From: Phoronis australis | Lineage: Eukaryota; Animalia; Phoronida | Length of the DNA: 64,000 bases | NCBI GenBank assembly: GCA_002633005.1 | Contig: NMRA01000003.1 | Location: 386,129 to 450,128 of the forward strand | Direction of reading: 5' to 3' | Shown: piece by piece, positions 48,981-62,320 of the stretch | Layout of the letters: each line of letters begins with the position of its first letter | How positions within the stretch are numbered: the first letter of the stretch is position 1 | Made by a program: the position numbers and the translations under genes | Notes under the pieces: generated by a model | Databases searched by the model: none | Told to the model about the DNA's origin: nothing | What the model saw: the letters and a program-made list of their open reading frames with translations, nothing else

Positions 48981-51300
48981 CACAAAAATATTTCCAGGTG
49001 ATCAGTGCAATGGGCCCACAAGCGCGGCCTGCCCACGTCCGGTATAATGTGTGCCAGACCGCCTGCAATTATTTTTTTTATATATCAGATAAAATAGAAC
49101 TTTCATTTTTTTCTGAAAAAAACTTAAAAGTTCCTTAAAATGCAAAACCAAGTTCACAAAACTGTAATTATGGTATTTTGAGATTTCTTCATGTACATTT
49201 AGACCAAACAAAATTTGGTCACGTTGTTATTAGTATTGTTTTGCTAGTATGCATTTACCTTTCCTTTTTTAAAAATTTTTCTGAAAACACATGATAGTGT
49301 GACCGGAATCTTGGCAGTGTGGTATGAAATCAAAAATTAAATTCTAGTCTTTTATGTTTAGAAAATATATACTTTCAGTGAGTTAGTTTTGTAAATATTC
49401 ATCTAAATACGCTGTCTATGTAAGATCATACCTGGTGTTTTGGAAGATAGGTCTACCCAAAGGAACACCCATAGGCATATTTATGGAAATTTCTATAGAA
49501 GTGACCCCAAGATCATATTTTTTTGATAACTGTGTTAGCAAATTTTGAAAATCTCCTGAATGGTCTAAGTTAGATATATGATATGTTTTGATGTAAAATG
49601 TTGTTGATTTTGGCAAGACATATATTATGGTCACGATTTTACTCAAATGACTATCATTTTATCATATTTTTTCTTACTTTGAAAACAGTCTTGAGTGAAT
49701 AATTAATGTTTCTCACAGTTTCTGAAAATACTGCTCCTACCTTTCCGAAAATATCCCCGGGCGTATATCCAGTTTCATTCAACGTTTTCGAAAGGTCATT
49801 TCCAATTGCCAATTCTTCCTCAAATGTTCCCAGTAAGCTTGAATGGTCATTAGTGCATTTGGCGTCATGGGCAATCTACCTGGATTTTTACTTTTCAAAT
49901 TTTATGTATGGCCTTGTTGACAAATCTGGGCATTCAGCCAAATATACTCAAAGCTATAAAATTAAACCCAGCATTGGTGTGTATAACTGAAAGCAGGCAG
50001 CCTGTAGAATTTTATTTTTGGCTTTATGCCAATCCGTCACATCTTTTAATAGATTTTTAGCAACAAACAAATGTACTTTCATATCAATCCAGCATTATCA
50101 ACAACATGACCATATTTAATTTGATATACGGTAAATGTTCAAGATCAAATTTTAAAAAGGCTGTTACACATTTCTAAATTACAATTTTATTTACATTTTC
50201 TGCGACTGTTGATTTTTTTCATAAAATTCATTAAAAGTCCTTATATTTTGATAACCCCTTTGCATAATTTATCCTTTTGAAAAACAATTCCTAACAGCTT
50301 TTCAGGTGATTCCATGGGATTTGTCCTCTCTGTTACACAAAAATATACTGCGGAATTAATTTTCACTAAACTCTACCGGGAGGGAGACTTAGTATTGGTA
50401 TTATATCTTCATCGTGGGAGATAAAAAAGTAGAATATACCCCCATCCTAGACGCTTTTCTCTGTGGTCACTAGAACATATTCAATTTGCCTTTATTGTAT
50501 TCGGCTGTCTTGGGATGAAAGTGACATTTGTCCATTGCTCTCTAAGAGATCATGATAGTCTAGTGTTCAGGGACAACATAATTAATTCATTTATTAGGAA
50601 GTAATTAGTGGCATAAAAATGAAAAGTTTATTAGTGAAGAGATTAACCTTGTGTAGGGCATTCTTGGTGTGATCTGACACCTTTGCAAACTACAGTGTCA
50701 GCAGGTAAACTATGGGTAACTGGTCATGTTCTGGTGATGTTTGCCTACTTGCTATTCATTGCCAACTATTGATTGTAAACTCTCACTGGTAACAGAATTA
50801 ATTGGCAGCTGGTTAACAAGGTAGTTGTGTATACAGACATTATATACCTGACAACTGAGCTGATATTGACAATTCTCTCTCAAAGTTTTCAGAAGGGAAC
50901 ATAACAGTAACTGGAATTACAACTTGTGCATCCTAGCACATGTACATGTTTATTATTCATAACTCTTTATGTCATTTTGAATGTCACATTTAAGGTTATC
51001 TCAAACCTTATTCACAAAAAATGTCCATTTTTACAATATTTGACGTGTGTAGAAAAAATATCTTCATTTTCGGGGAACTTCAAATACAAAATATATACTG
51101 CGTATCTAGAAAAAAGATTTAGGAGAACCACCTTGGAACCGCACAACCACGTGGATATTTGTTTACTACTTATCCGAGGTCAAAGGTTAAAGGGCTTTCA
51201 ATCAAATCAAATCTCCCACCAGGTACAGAACAGCTTCGTATACCCTCAGTCCTTTCATTCACAAAATCGCCATAACATTGAGTCAACGAGGTGTAATTAT

Positions 51301-51445
51301 CATGGGCGGCGCAGCACTGAAAAAAGTGGAGGGCTTAAAGCCCCCTCAGCCCCCCTGTAGTGTACCGCCTATAGACCATGTGTGGCGTAACACTGAAAAA
51401 AGTGGGGGGCTATAGCCCCCAGCCCCCTTTGGTATGCCGCCCATG
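51301..51445. mobile_element. Tiny MITE built as a head-to-tail dimer
   Basis: CATGGGCGGC...GCCGCCCATG termini; two ~72-bp units each with CACTGAAAAAAGTGGRGGGCT..AGCCCCC; flanks ATTAT and CTTAT. Confidence 0.75.
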
Positions 51446-51526
51446 CTTATAGTAGGATGGCGTCAGGGAAAACAAAGACAAAACATAGTTTTGATCCTAA
51501 GATTTTCACTTGTCCCAGTTTAATTA

Positions 51527-51996
51527 GCTTTTTCTCGGCCTTGGCAAATCGACTTTATTTCAACTTAGGAACAAGAGTTCTCACAAATGGCTTGGTGGAT
51601 TTCGCTGAAACTTTCCAAATTTAATATTTAGTCATCAGTCTCAAAAACACTTTTATGATTTTTGCGCAATTTAACAAAGACGAATACGACTTCCGTTTTT
51701 TACAAAGGTACCTTACGTTTTGCGAGTTGATTTGTCATGGAAACAAAACGAAAAGACTAAACTAAAATTCCTAGCAGCGTTTTTGAGTTAACTGGTGAAG
51801 TTTTCATTTAAAAAAGTTTCATTAAAATCGACTGAGGGTTATTTTACTATGAATGTACCTTTCTTAAAAACAAAATTTTGACTTAAAAAAGGTTTTTACG
51901 TAAAAAGTAATAATGGTACATTAAGACAAAAAGTATTTTCATATTCCCTAATCTTTTTTCTTTCAGAAAATATATACTTTTACTAGTTGACAAAGC
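51527..51996 (+). repeat. Dispersed ~480-bp repeat, copy 2
   Basis: Same orientation and ends as 45548-46030. Confidence 0.85.
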
Positions 51997-52659
51997 AAAA
52001 AATTTTGCTCCTGTGAAGCTCTCATCATTTCCTGTCAGATGTAATTATAATTTTAAGAAATACCGTATGTTGAGCGTAGTGTTTTCTTTGTTACAAAAGG
52101 CTGAGAATTATGAAATAAAATAACGTTTACTTGGTTGTTTTTCACTTAAATGGCCCCATCAAGCAAGATGAGTGATATTTTCACGCTCCCCTGCCGGTTT
52201 AGAGCTCTACATGTTGATATAAGTTTTGTGACGTGGTGACGAGCAGAGCTACCCGGGCTATGTGAAATTTTGGAGGCTAACGGAGTTCAACACAATGCTA
52301 CTGGTACCTAGTTGTATTTTGAAGATAGTCTTCATATAGCTGGCTGGTTAGGCCCTGGGATGAATCAAAGTCACCGGAAAGAAAAGCAAAAAAGGTTGTG
52401 AGTATGCACTTGTTGATCTGTTGACTGGACTACGTACTCGCACGGCTAATAATCTATATCTCTTTGTGCTTGCTGTACAGCCTCTGTGGCGTCACAAAAA
52501 ACAGCAGTGTGGCTTTGCGGAACTGATAAATTTGTACTTTTCAAAGTAAAAAAGAAAAATACTGTGCACTGTTTAGGAAGATGTGGATGCCAGTAACCAA
52601 GCTTTATACTTTCAAAATTCATATTAAAATGCTGAAACATGTAGTTCAGGCCTCTTTTA

Positions 52660-53165
52660 AGGGCCTTTCATAGAAACGTCGACGCGTCGATGTTTTGGGG
52701 AGTTGCGGTCAGTATGAACGGTTAACTTCGGTCCTGGATCGAAGTTAACAGCGCCAGTAAACATGTGGATTTAACAGTGGAGGGTCAATGCAGTGCCTGA
52801 GTGCGATATAAATGGTCAACTTTGGTCTCATCGAAGTTATCGCCAGGGCCCATTGGTGTCCTGAACAATTAAAGGAAGCGTCGTAGTTAATAGTTGCTTA
52901 TATTTTGCACGAATAATCATCAATCGAATTAGAAGAAAATTTTATGTCAATTAGCACACTTAAATGCTTTCAAATTGTCACATTAAAAAAAATTGTTAGC
53001 GTGCACGGGGTGCATCAGCTTTGCGATTACTTTGATGACGACAGCGCCACCTACCATTTACTTCGATGCTGCTAATACCGAATCGAAGCTGGTATGAACG
53101 GTACAGTTAACTTCACAGTTTACATCGATGCTTGTGTTCACACTGGAGTTAGTGCGAAAGGGCTT
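52660..53165 (-). mobile_element. PIF/Harbinger-like MITE copy 3
   Basis: AGGGCCTTTCA...GTTAGTGCGAAAGGGCTT termini; homologous to the two copies above. Confidence 0.7.
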
Positions 53166-56100
53166 TTAGAATACTGAAACTTCTATTGCGATGTCTAAAA
53201 AATAACTTCATTTAGAGAGCTTGTCGTTATAACATTAATCACTGAACTTGTTCCTTACTTATTATAAGTGATTTCTGGGTGAGGGAAGAACTGATAGTTT
53301 ATTATTCGTTGAGTTCATCCAGATGCAATCTGACCTGACAAGCGTGTTATTTTATGTAACAAAAGCCGTGTGGCTAGAAATACGCTGGTTTTGTGACGGA
53401 ACACTGATGCTGGATGCGGTAGAGTTACTAGTTAGTACATAAGAAGTGTGTTTGACAATGTGATTCAGATGTACATCTGATTTGTATTTTTGTCATGTGA
53501 TAACTCATCCTGGATAATCTGATTTGATTCTGGATGGATTTCTGGCATGAGGTACAAAATCGTGATCCCGATACACCGGTAGTAGTGAAACATCAATCAT
53601 ACACAAGACATTCAATAAATGGGGTGGTACTAGCTCTCTTGCACCTGATGAGATCAAGTACATACGTACTTATGAGTTAAGTCAGATTTTGGCCATATCA
53701 TAGGTAGAAATGCAAAAATCAGTGCAATACTGTGTAGATTTTGATGTACAAGGTTTGGCTTTCATCGCTAAAGCATTATCAAGGCACACATTGGTTTTTT
53801 GTCTTGATAATGCTCTAGTGATTCAAGCGAAACATTGATTATGAAAATCTGGTTGCGCTGAGTTTTAAGTTTCTTTGTTCTCACGTATATTGTGCTAATG
53901 ACTACTAATGTTCTTCAGTTTATATGCAAATTATCAGTTATAGTTGATTATAGCTTTGGAAATATCACACTGTCCAATAGGTGTCTTGCACATTGTTACA
54001 CATTTGTCTGTGCCAATGATCTAAACACACATCTCCATTGGGATTTCAACCTGAGATAGTCTATTCAAGTATATTATGCAACTTTTAATGTACATTAACA
54101 GGTTCAAAGTGTTGTTGGCATTTTGCATTTCAAATAATGGTTATGCAGACTCTACACCTGAACACCTTTCTTGTCTGAATAGTCGTTATTAACTCTCAGG
54201 AACGATTGTCGAGGTAAAGTTTGCAGTATGGCACAAGACTTGTGGAATTCCCTTTTAGTCCTGTTCATGACTACTGTCTGTCAATCTGTTCTTGTGACAT
54301 ACGGTATGTCTCATGAGAGCTGCTCCAGGGTTTTCACTTCCAAACTCTTTGTTCCAGTAGTATCGCATTCCAAAATTTTAGGATCTATTTCAGTTTCTTG
54401 GAGTTCATTAAAAAAGTTCAGAAATTATTTCACCATCACAGAGCCATAAACATTATATATTGGAAAAATGAGGTGAATCCGGTGGTGCCCGTTTCTTACC
54501 CATAATGGAAAATGTGGGAAGATGACCAAGACACTTACGCATGATTCTCATTTCTTCAGTTTTATTTCTTTCAAGTTAGTGGAAATTGCTTCTAAGGTGA
54601 TGCTCATAATGTCAATATACATTTTGCTTGGTTGCATCAAACCAGGCTAAAACGCAGCCTCGGGCGAACACTGCTCTGATTGTTCGATTTGGCAACCTGG
54701 GAAAAATGGCCACAAAGTCACCCGAGTAAGTACCAATGTCGGACAATAATTCACCCGAAATTCCCTTCAAAATTTGTGTTGACTTCCAAACTTTTAAACC
54801 AGTAAATTAATAACAATTTTCCTAAATTTGATACCTTTGGCTCGCAATTGTACCTTTTATTTCCTGACATTAGTGCATTTGCTATCCTCAGCAGTCGGCG
54901 CATATCAAACGTGCGTTCAAATTGCAACAGAAAGCAAACAGACGGAAGTCGAACTTATTACGCAAAAATTGCACAAGGTCAGACCACAAAACTTGCACCT
55001 ACATTGTTTCCATTCGTCTGCATTTGCCATCAGTAAGAGGAATTCAGTTAGATTGAGGTTGGGGTTAGTAAACCAAAATACAACTTGAAAATATACGTGA
55101 ATAAATTATGAACTCGTGTAAATGTTGTTTAAGTGGTGGGAGAGTTGACAAACGGCTGCTTGTCTAACACCGTGATGTCTCGCGTATGGGTAATGTATAT
55201 TGAAATAAACCCAGTGAGTGGTTGTATTTTTACGAGAGAAATGAAAAAGATACGTGTAATTTCAAATAACGGCGACCGCGATACAATGTTTTTTTGTCGA
55301 GGACTTCCATCCTCAGTTTTGGCAACCTCATATTTCATATGGCAACCTGGGATTTCTGCTAAATCGCATTTGGCAAGTTGGCATTAAACTTAGTGTTGAG
55401 TAGTGCTGCCACTGGTGTGGGATCCGTCAAGTTTTCAATTGCGCACTTAATCTTGTTAGTAGTTGAATCAACTTTAGTCGTTTGCATTATCATTGGAACC
55501 TTGACATGTTGAACATTTTGTGATAGACACCCTACCCATTCCAAGGTATCTGTGTACCTGTCAATGGATAATTACAAGAATCATTATGCTGCACACTAAC
55601 TAGACACAATGTCAGGAAGTTAGGCCATCCTTTTGTGTGGAATAAAGGAATGATGTATGTAAGCTATGACTTAGAACAGATATTGGTAATCAGAATGTGT
55701 GAATATCCTTTCTGAGCTATACCATGAAAGATTGCGAGTTAGTAGTTAACTGTCTATTTATAACGCTGTTAACGTTTCAGTGTACTCTTAGTAAGATACT
55801 GTCACTAATGAGGCAAAAGTACATTATTTTACATAGTGTTATTTTCCACATTCCACCATATTAGGTAGATTTTATGTTTTGTATTTTTATACTAACCAAG
55901 TCTTTGTCAGACTACTGTGTTAAGGTACACTGCATGTCCGTGGAACTGTGTGCTTTTTGGACATTACTGTAAAACTCTCCAGTTTGAAAGGCCGGAACTT
56001 ATGCCAACTTTTAGAAGTCAGTATCTGATGTCCAAATTCAGGAATAACGATTAATATAACAAAGGGTTATTCAGATCGATGTTGGGCATGAAAATATTGA

Positions 56101-57119
56101 ACCAATTGCTATTTTTGACGATTTTATGAACTGCCAAGTCTATTTTGCGATGCTGCTTATACAAAACAACGTATTTCAGAAATATTCAGTGAACGCCAAA
56201 ATCACGGTATCCGAATCTTTGGAAACAAGAAAATTCAAATTCGACATCAATTTCAGTACCCAAAATGTTAGAGATTATCGTAAACTTGAGGATTTTTACT
56301 TTACGGGCTGTGTGGTGTATCAGATTAGTGGGTTTTTGGTAGCCAGGTTCCTTATGGAGGTGCTTTTGTCAATTCAAATCTCACAAAAAGTTCTCTCTCA
56401 TTTTTTCATTAAGATGTATTTGCATGTTCTTAACTTTCCTAAAGAATAACAAGAACTAAACATGAACAACAATGCTATTTTAACATAATCTCCGCTAATT
56501 AAAAGTGCAGTTGTATCCACTGACAACTTTTAAATGAGAAAAAAAATCTGCAAATATTTGACCTTTGCCCTAATGACATACCCCACAGGCTCACATAGCC
56601 CACTTCATTCAGTGTTGTTCCCCAAAGCACCACATCACCATAGGCCTACTTACTAGACGCGGTTCAATGATTTGCGACGGATCATTTTTGCCATAAATCT
56701 CATTCTTAGAAACATTTGGCAATTTTCAACATATTTCATATTCACTTCCTCATCACTATTTGTTGTGTTTGTGATTAATTTGGCCAAGCATTGACAGAGA
56801 TAAGGAATTCAGTCTGCAAGTTCCACTTTAAAGCTCTGTGGAACTTGGCCCTTTTAAATGTGCTCTTACTGAAATTCTTTTTATGATGCTGATTCTTGAA
56901 ATATTTTTCTAGCACCATGCCTGCCCCCGTCAAGCAGTAGCCCAAGCTGACGTGTGCAGTGGTCACTTGTTTTAGTTCGCATGCATTTAATGAAGCTCAT
57001 TTCTCATACCAGTAATGAACTGGATTATTGCTACTATCATATAATTATTGTTATTACTTCAAGTATATATCAGCTTATGTAGTAGTGTTGTTATTTAGAC
57101 TATTTTCCATTATTTACAG

Positions 57120-57216
57120 ATGGAGAAACTAATTCGTGATATGCAGCATTCCGACACGGGGATTCCTGTACGCTGTCAGAAGATTTTTCTCACCACAATA
57201 CCATGTGCTTTCACAG
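57120..57216 (+). CDS. R7 RGS exon 2 (start of DEP domain)
   Basis: tttacAG acceptor, MEKLIRDMQHSDTGIPVRCQKIFLTTIPCAFT+G, GT donor; 97 nt. Confidence 0.93.
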
Positions 57217-58359
57217 GTGTGTTAACTCCTTTCTCTCTCACATTAGACTAGTGAACACGGTGAAATGAACATGAAAATGTGTTTGAGTCTGTTGTATTTC
57301 TTATTGCCTGCGACGTTGATCAAGCTTGCTCATGTGTTCATTGCTAACATGTGCCAAGTGGATCTAACAATGTGATTACTCTCATTCATTTACAGTATAG
57401 TCACACTGGATGTATAGTCCACTCTCCACACAGGTAGTGTTATGCTGGAAAACTTACCACCAGCATTCTTTCTACAGTATGCGAGTCTGTCCTGCTCGTC
57501 ATTGCGTGCCTGCATTGTTTGGTCAATTTGCAATATACTTATGTCGGCACATTGTTATTAAATGCTTTTTATTTTTGTTTGCTGGTTATTTCTGTCATAG
57601 CTACTGGAAGTTGAGCAATTATTTAGATTCAAACTCTTATGAAATTTCTTGCGACAAACCACTAATTGACTTCCTGAAACTGCTTTGAGATGGTGGTGTA
57701 GCAACATAAAACAAATATATTAGTGAATTTATATACCATTTATTGAGGTACGTACCCATGCTGGTTCTCATGTTCCTACTGTAGGTAGCACAGGTAACGT
57801 TCATTTTTGAACAGGTGCAACTACTGTGGCACCCTCATGTGGCAATTTTTCCAGTCTTATTTTTGCTGTTTTTGGCCTCTGCTACCTATTTGCCAGTCCG
57901 CGTGACAAATCAATTTTCTTTGTACCTGCCTCAATGTGTAACAAGTTCACTGATGTGTCATCATGAAATTTCGCATTTTTTATGTGTTCCTATTGGGGAG
58001 ACATAGCTGGTGCTGATTTTGGCATATGTGTGCCATTGAGGAAGTAGGTATGGTATTGATTTTTGGACAGATCCTTATGGTCATTATGACTACTGCAATA
58101 TCTACCAAGTATATGATGTCTCTGATTGTGTTAGTGTGTGGAGAGAAAAGATACCCTACAGAGTCGCAAATGCTCACGTCACATGACCTAGAACTTACAA
58201 GTCCTGAAACATTTCTGTCCCAAGTGGGGCTCGAATGCGGGACCTTCTGCAACACGTGGAGATGTTGATCGAGCCATCGAGACCATTGATCAAGTTCTTT
58301 GATGGATCTTTATGAAATTTAATGTAGGCATACCGTATGAGGAAGCACATCTGATGTAG

Positions 58360-58539
58360 AGTTTCGGGTGGATTTGACTAAAGTGTAAGTTCCCCAGTTT
58401 CGGGTGGATTTGACTTAAGTGGAAGTTCCCCAGTTTCGGGTGGATTTGACTTAAGTGGAAGTTCCCCAGTTTCGGGTGGATTTGACTTAAGTGGAAGTTC
58501 CCCAGTTTGGGGTGGATTTGACTAAAGTGGAAGTTCCCC
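58360..58539. repeat. 36-bp minisatellite x5
   Basis: AGTTTCGGGTGGATTTGACTTAAGTGGAAGTTCCCC x5 (180 bp). Confidence 0.95.
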
Positions 58540-59530
58540 AAAAAGTTTTACAGTTTGCGATACACACGGTGAGGGAATGTCAACGCATTACTGTGGATTT
58601 AAATAATTTTTGTATTTTTCACCGCCTTACTTCGCACATGTTGTTGGTGTATATTTAACTTTATGCTTTTATAAGTCTGTCCAAGTTTGGCAAGTCCACT
58701 TAATAGATGAATTATACACCCTTGAACTAGCCCAATTAATTCAATTAAACTTGTGGGAATTAATTATTAAATCCATGTCAAACATTGTCTAAATCCATCT
58801 CATTATCTCCATCTCATCAATATACCTAGACTGTTTATATTATATGCCATTAGTGAGTACATATACTCTAGGAAGACTTTAAATCAATAGGATTGTGCAC
58901 AGTCCAAGGCCAGCTAGTCACCTAGCAAAGATTTTAATTAGATTGACTAGCCATGCATATGTCCTTGGGTAAGGATTTTGATTTTTCATCTCTGAAATTA
59001 CAATTGCAAAGAAGCCCCATTTGCCAAACATAGGAGGTGTAGTACTGTTGAAAAAACATTGACTAAGAAAGAATCTGTGACAATGGAGACGACTACTAGC
59101 AGCCTCTCCGTTTTAGAGCTTTTGTTATGTTTACTTTTATGTGAAGGGAATAATATGATGAAAAGTATATTTTGTGTTGGTGATTAATTGTTTACAGCAA
59201 CAAGTGGTACACAAGTGAAGACACCTTTGCTCTAACTACTATAGCACGAGAGCCAGTTATTTTTTCGACTTGCAAAACAGGAGAATTCAACAGTCTAGTT
59301 TGAAAGTTCTATATACCAATTTCCTAAAACAGCCCATGCAGGTGACTTCTGTATATACAAGGCATAAACTCATAACCCTTCAACCTTCCTTTTATTCTTC
59401 TTTGATGTCCACATTTTCTATTGTCAACAAGTGATACACATAATTCTGGTGACGTAAAACTGACCTTGATCCTGCAAGACTTGCTGCGTGGGGATTTACA
59501 GCCTTGTTAATTACATTGTTATCTCACCAG

Positions 59531-59691
59531 GTTATGATTTGTGTGATTGGCTAATGCAGCATTTGAACATGGAGGATCCAACTGAGGCACTTCATTTGGC
59601 CAATTTATTGTGTCGCCATGGTTACTTCTTCCCTGTTGGCGACGCACGTAACTATGCTGTCAAGGACGACAATACTCTCTACAGGTTCCAG
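59531..59691 (+). CDS. R7 RGS exon 3 (DEP domain)
   Basis: cAG acceptor, (G)YDLCDWLMQHLNMEDPTEALHLANLLCRHGYFFPVGDARNYAVKDDNTLYRFQ, GTAACA donor; 161 nt. GYFFP and YRFQ are R7 DEP motifs. Confidence 0.95.
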
Positions 59692-60011
59692 GTAACATGG
59701 TTTCCAGGACAAGAAAGGAATTCAATCATTGTGAATTGGATTTTAAGAGTTTTGAGCAATAACTTACCAAGTTTGTGCTGAATTTCTTAACTTAAGTTGT
59801 GTGTTTTAAAAAAAGTTGTCAACTTATTTCGCTAGTGATAATTTAAACATGTTGCCGATGACATTCAATTATGCTATATCAGAAAGATTTAAGTCTCTGA
59901 ATCTGTTAATATTATTGTTATGTTAGATCTTTACTTGGGTGGCTACTAAATTGAATATCACCAAGTTTGATACCTGTGTGAGATTAGTAAAGCATTAGTT
60001 TAATATTTCAG

Positions 60012-60063
60012 AGTCCATACTTCTGGCCGTCACAGAACTGGCAGCCTGATAGTATTGATTACG
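60012..60063 (+). CDS. R7 RGS exon 4 (DEP/DHEX junction)
   Basis: tttcAG acceptor, SPYFWPSQNWQPDSIDY+G, GTGAG donor; 52 nt. PYFWP is an R7 hallmark. Confidence 0.94.
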
Positions 60064-60701
60064 GTGAGCGATCACATGCATCTCTGCCAGCTGACATTTA
60101 GCTGGGCTAATCACCTTCAGCTAATGGATCGATAGTTTCATTGGCTACTTGGATTCTAAGTGTTCTGAATGCACTCACTGTTGGCTGCCTTTTATTGAAA
60201 TTGATTTGACATTATTTACTGTGGTTTAGTGGGCCTCTAAAGTGCAGCTTGTATGTCCTCTCTCTCACTCATTGTACTTGCTCACTGAAACAATTTAAGT
60301 TGCAATTGTGTTGAAAGTTAACTATAATTTTCTAACCCTTCATTCACCTTCAACTTATAATTGTCCTTTTCTGGCTTTAGCATCAGTATAAAAGAAACAG
60401 CAGTATTGGAGTTTTTAATTATTTTATGCTACAAAAAAGGAGGGGCAAAATTTTGACACAGACGATAAAGTAGTTGCGTATTTCAATGATGACATCACAC
60501 GTCAGGTTACTCTACAAACATGGGTTTCAAAATGACCTCCGAACCCTGGAGGTCGAAAACGTTCATAAGGTAAAAACTTAATTGTCTATGTCCAAAGATT
60601 TTACTCCTCAGGATATATTATGTACAAAATTAATGCAGACGGTATTTTCCAGTGCTGGATTTGTAGTTGTCAAAGGGGATCCCTCCTTGGGGCCCGTTTA
60701 A

Positions 60702-61161
60702 GCTTATGTAGGACCTTGTTGACAAGTATGTGTATTTGACCAAAGATATGTATTTTGTGGAAGTATAAAGCCTGTAGAATGGGATCTTTGACCTTTTACA
60801 AATCTGTCATTAATTGGGTCACGTGTTTTTAAGTAAAAAAGGAAAGGTACATTCATAGCACAACAGCGGTATCAATCACGTGACCAAATTTGATGAAGTC
60901 TCAAAATGCTGTTACAGTATCTAAGTTGTCATTTCGTTTTCGTTTTATACAATTTTTAATTTTTTATGAAACTCATAAAAGTCCTGTTTTATGACCTTGC
61001 ATTCAAAAGTTTATTATTTTAAAACAATTCCTAAAAGTGTGTTATAAAACTCTGCATTAAGCGTTGTGTCTGAAAGTTTCATATGAATACTTAGCCATTC
61101 TTGAGATATAATGGTCCCAAATTAGCCAGTTTTGGTCATTTTTCTACGGTCCTACATAATC
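60702..61161. mobile_element. TTAA-targeting MITE (Kolobok-like) in RGS intron 4
   Basis: TTAA|GCTTATGTAGGACC...GGTCCTACATAATC|TTAA: a 13/14 TIR with a TTAA duplication; the ends are not the CCY typical of piggyBac. Confidence 0.8.
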
Positions 61162-61391
61162 TTAAGTTGCAGTGATAGCTGTTGAAATTAACAACAGGGC
61201 AATTTAATATCAAATGATTTGCACTTTTCAAATGGGCTAAATGTCTAGTGTTGCTACAGGTTCATAAATGAACACCATTTATAATAATAGATGAGAGCTC
61301 AGAAGTTTAGTGTGACAAGCATCGATAACGAAAGCTTCCCGATGTATGTGAATGATGCATGCTGTCATATTGGCTGTAAGGACAGCACTGA

Positions 61392-61635
61392 GAAAATGTT
61401 GTGCTGTGTACAGTATGGAATAAGGTGAAAATGTTGTGCTGTGTACAGTATGGAATAAGGTGAAAATGTTGTGCTGTGTACAGTATGGAATAAGGTGAAA
61501 ATGTGCTGTGTACGCTATAGAATAATGTGAAAATGTGCTGTGTACAGTATGGAATAAGGTGAAAATGTGCTGTGAACGCTATAGAATAATGTGAAAATGT
61601 TGTGCTGTGTACGCTACAGAATAATGTGAAAATGT
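61392..61635. repeat. 35/32-bp minisatellite (~7 units) just upstream of RGS exon 5
   Basis: GAAAATGTTGTGCTGTGTACAGTATGGAATAAGGT and shorter variants. Confidence 0.92.
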
Positions 61636-61674
61636 TTCGTCTCGATCGTAATCTTAACTGTCTTCTCCTTCTAG

Positions 61675-61739
61675 CTATTTATCTGGCCAAAAGAACATTG
61701 CGTAACAAACAAAGACACGGTCTTGAAGACTATGAACAG
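61675..61739 (+). CDS. R7 RGS exon 5 (DHEX)
   Basis: Polypyrimidine tract and tAG acceptor, (A)IYLAKRTLRNKQRHGLEDYEQ, GTAGGT donor; 65 nt. Confidence 0.94.
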
Positions 61740-62320
61740 GTAGGTGGGGAATGGGTATACTGGGTTACAAGCAACTTTTTGTGTTTAAATTGTGGAACAA
61801 TAGAAATGTGTTAACCTATGAGCATCCTTATCAGTAGGTCTGGATTTTGCTAAATACATCTGCAAAATGTAAAATTTTGCATTCTGTGGTAAAGCTGTAT
61901 GTTATCTGAAAGTGGAAAGAATGTAGAATAGTTTGGAATATTATACTGAGCCCCTGTTGATTGGACCAAGATGTCGTGTCTCATACATACCACAGTACAT
62001 GGTGATGGAACTTACTACAATAAAGTAAAATAAAAGTGACTATGATATGGCTTGACTCAGTTTCTTATATTTTTCAAAAGTTGGTTGTTTTCTGCATTTG
62101 AATAAGATGTAGCAGTTTGATGTACAGTTCTGTTATTAAAGTGGACAGTTTAGAAATTCATGAATTTAATTAGTAACTACGTTATTTTATGGACTTAACC
62201 TGTAAAAGATAATATCGTGAGTACAGAGACGTTTCCACCTAGAAAAAAAATAAATGAACTATTCCTTAAAGGTTTTGAGCTATTTGCTTTGGAGTCAACA
62301 AATACTGCGAAACACAGCAA

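Noticed and set aside
55920-56520. Further TTAA-targeting elements (also 42740-43220)
   Set aside because: One terminus looks right, but a matching end with a TTAA duplication could not be established convincingly.
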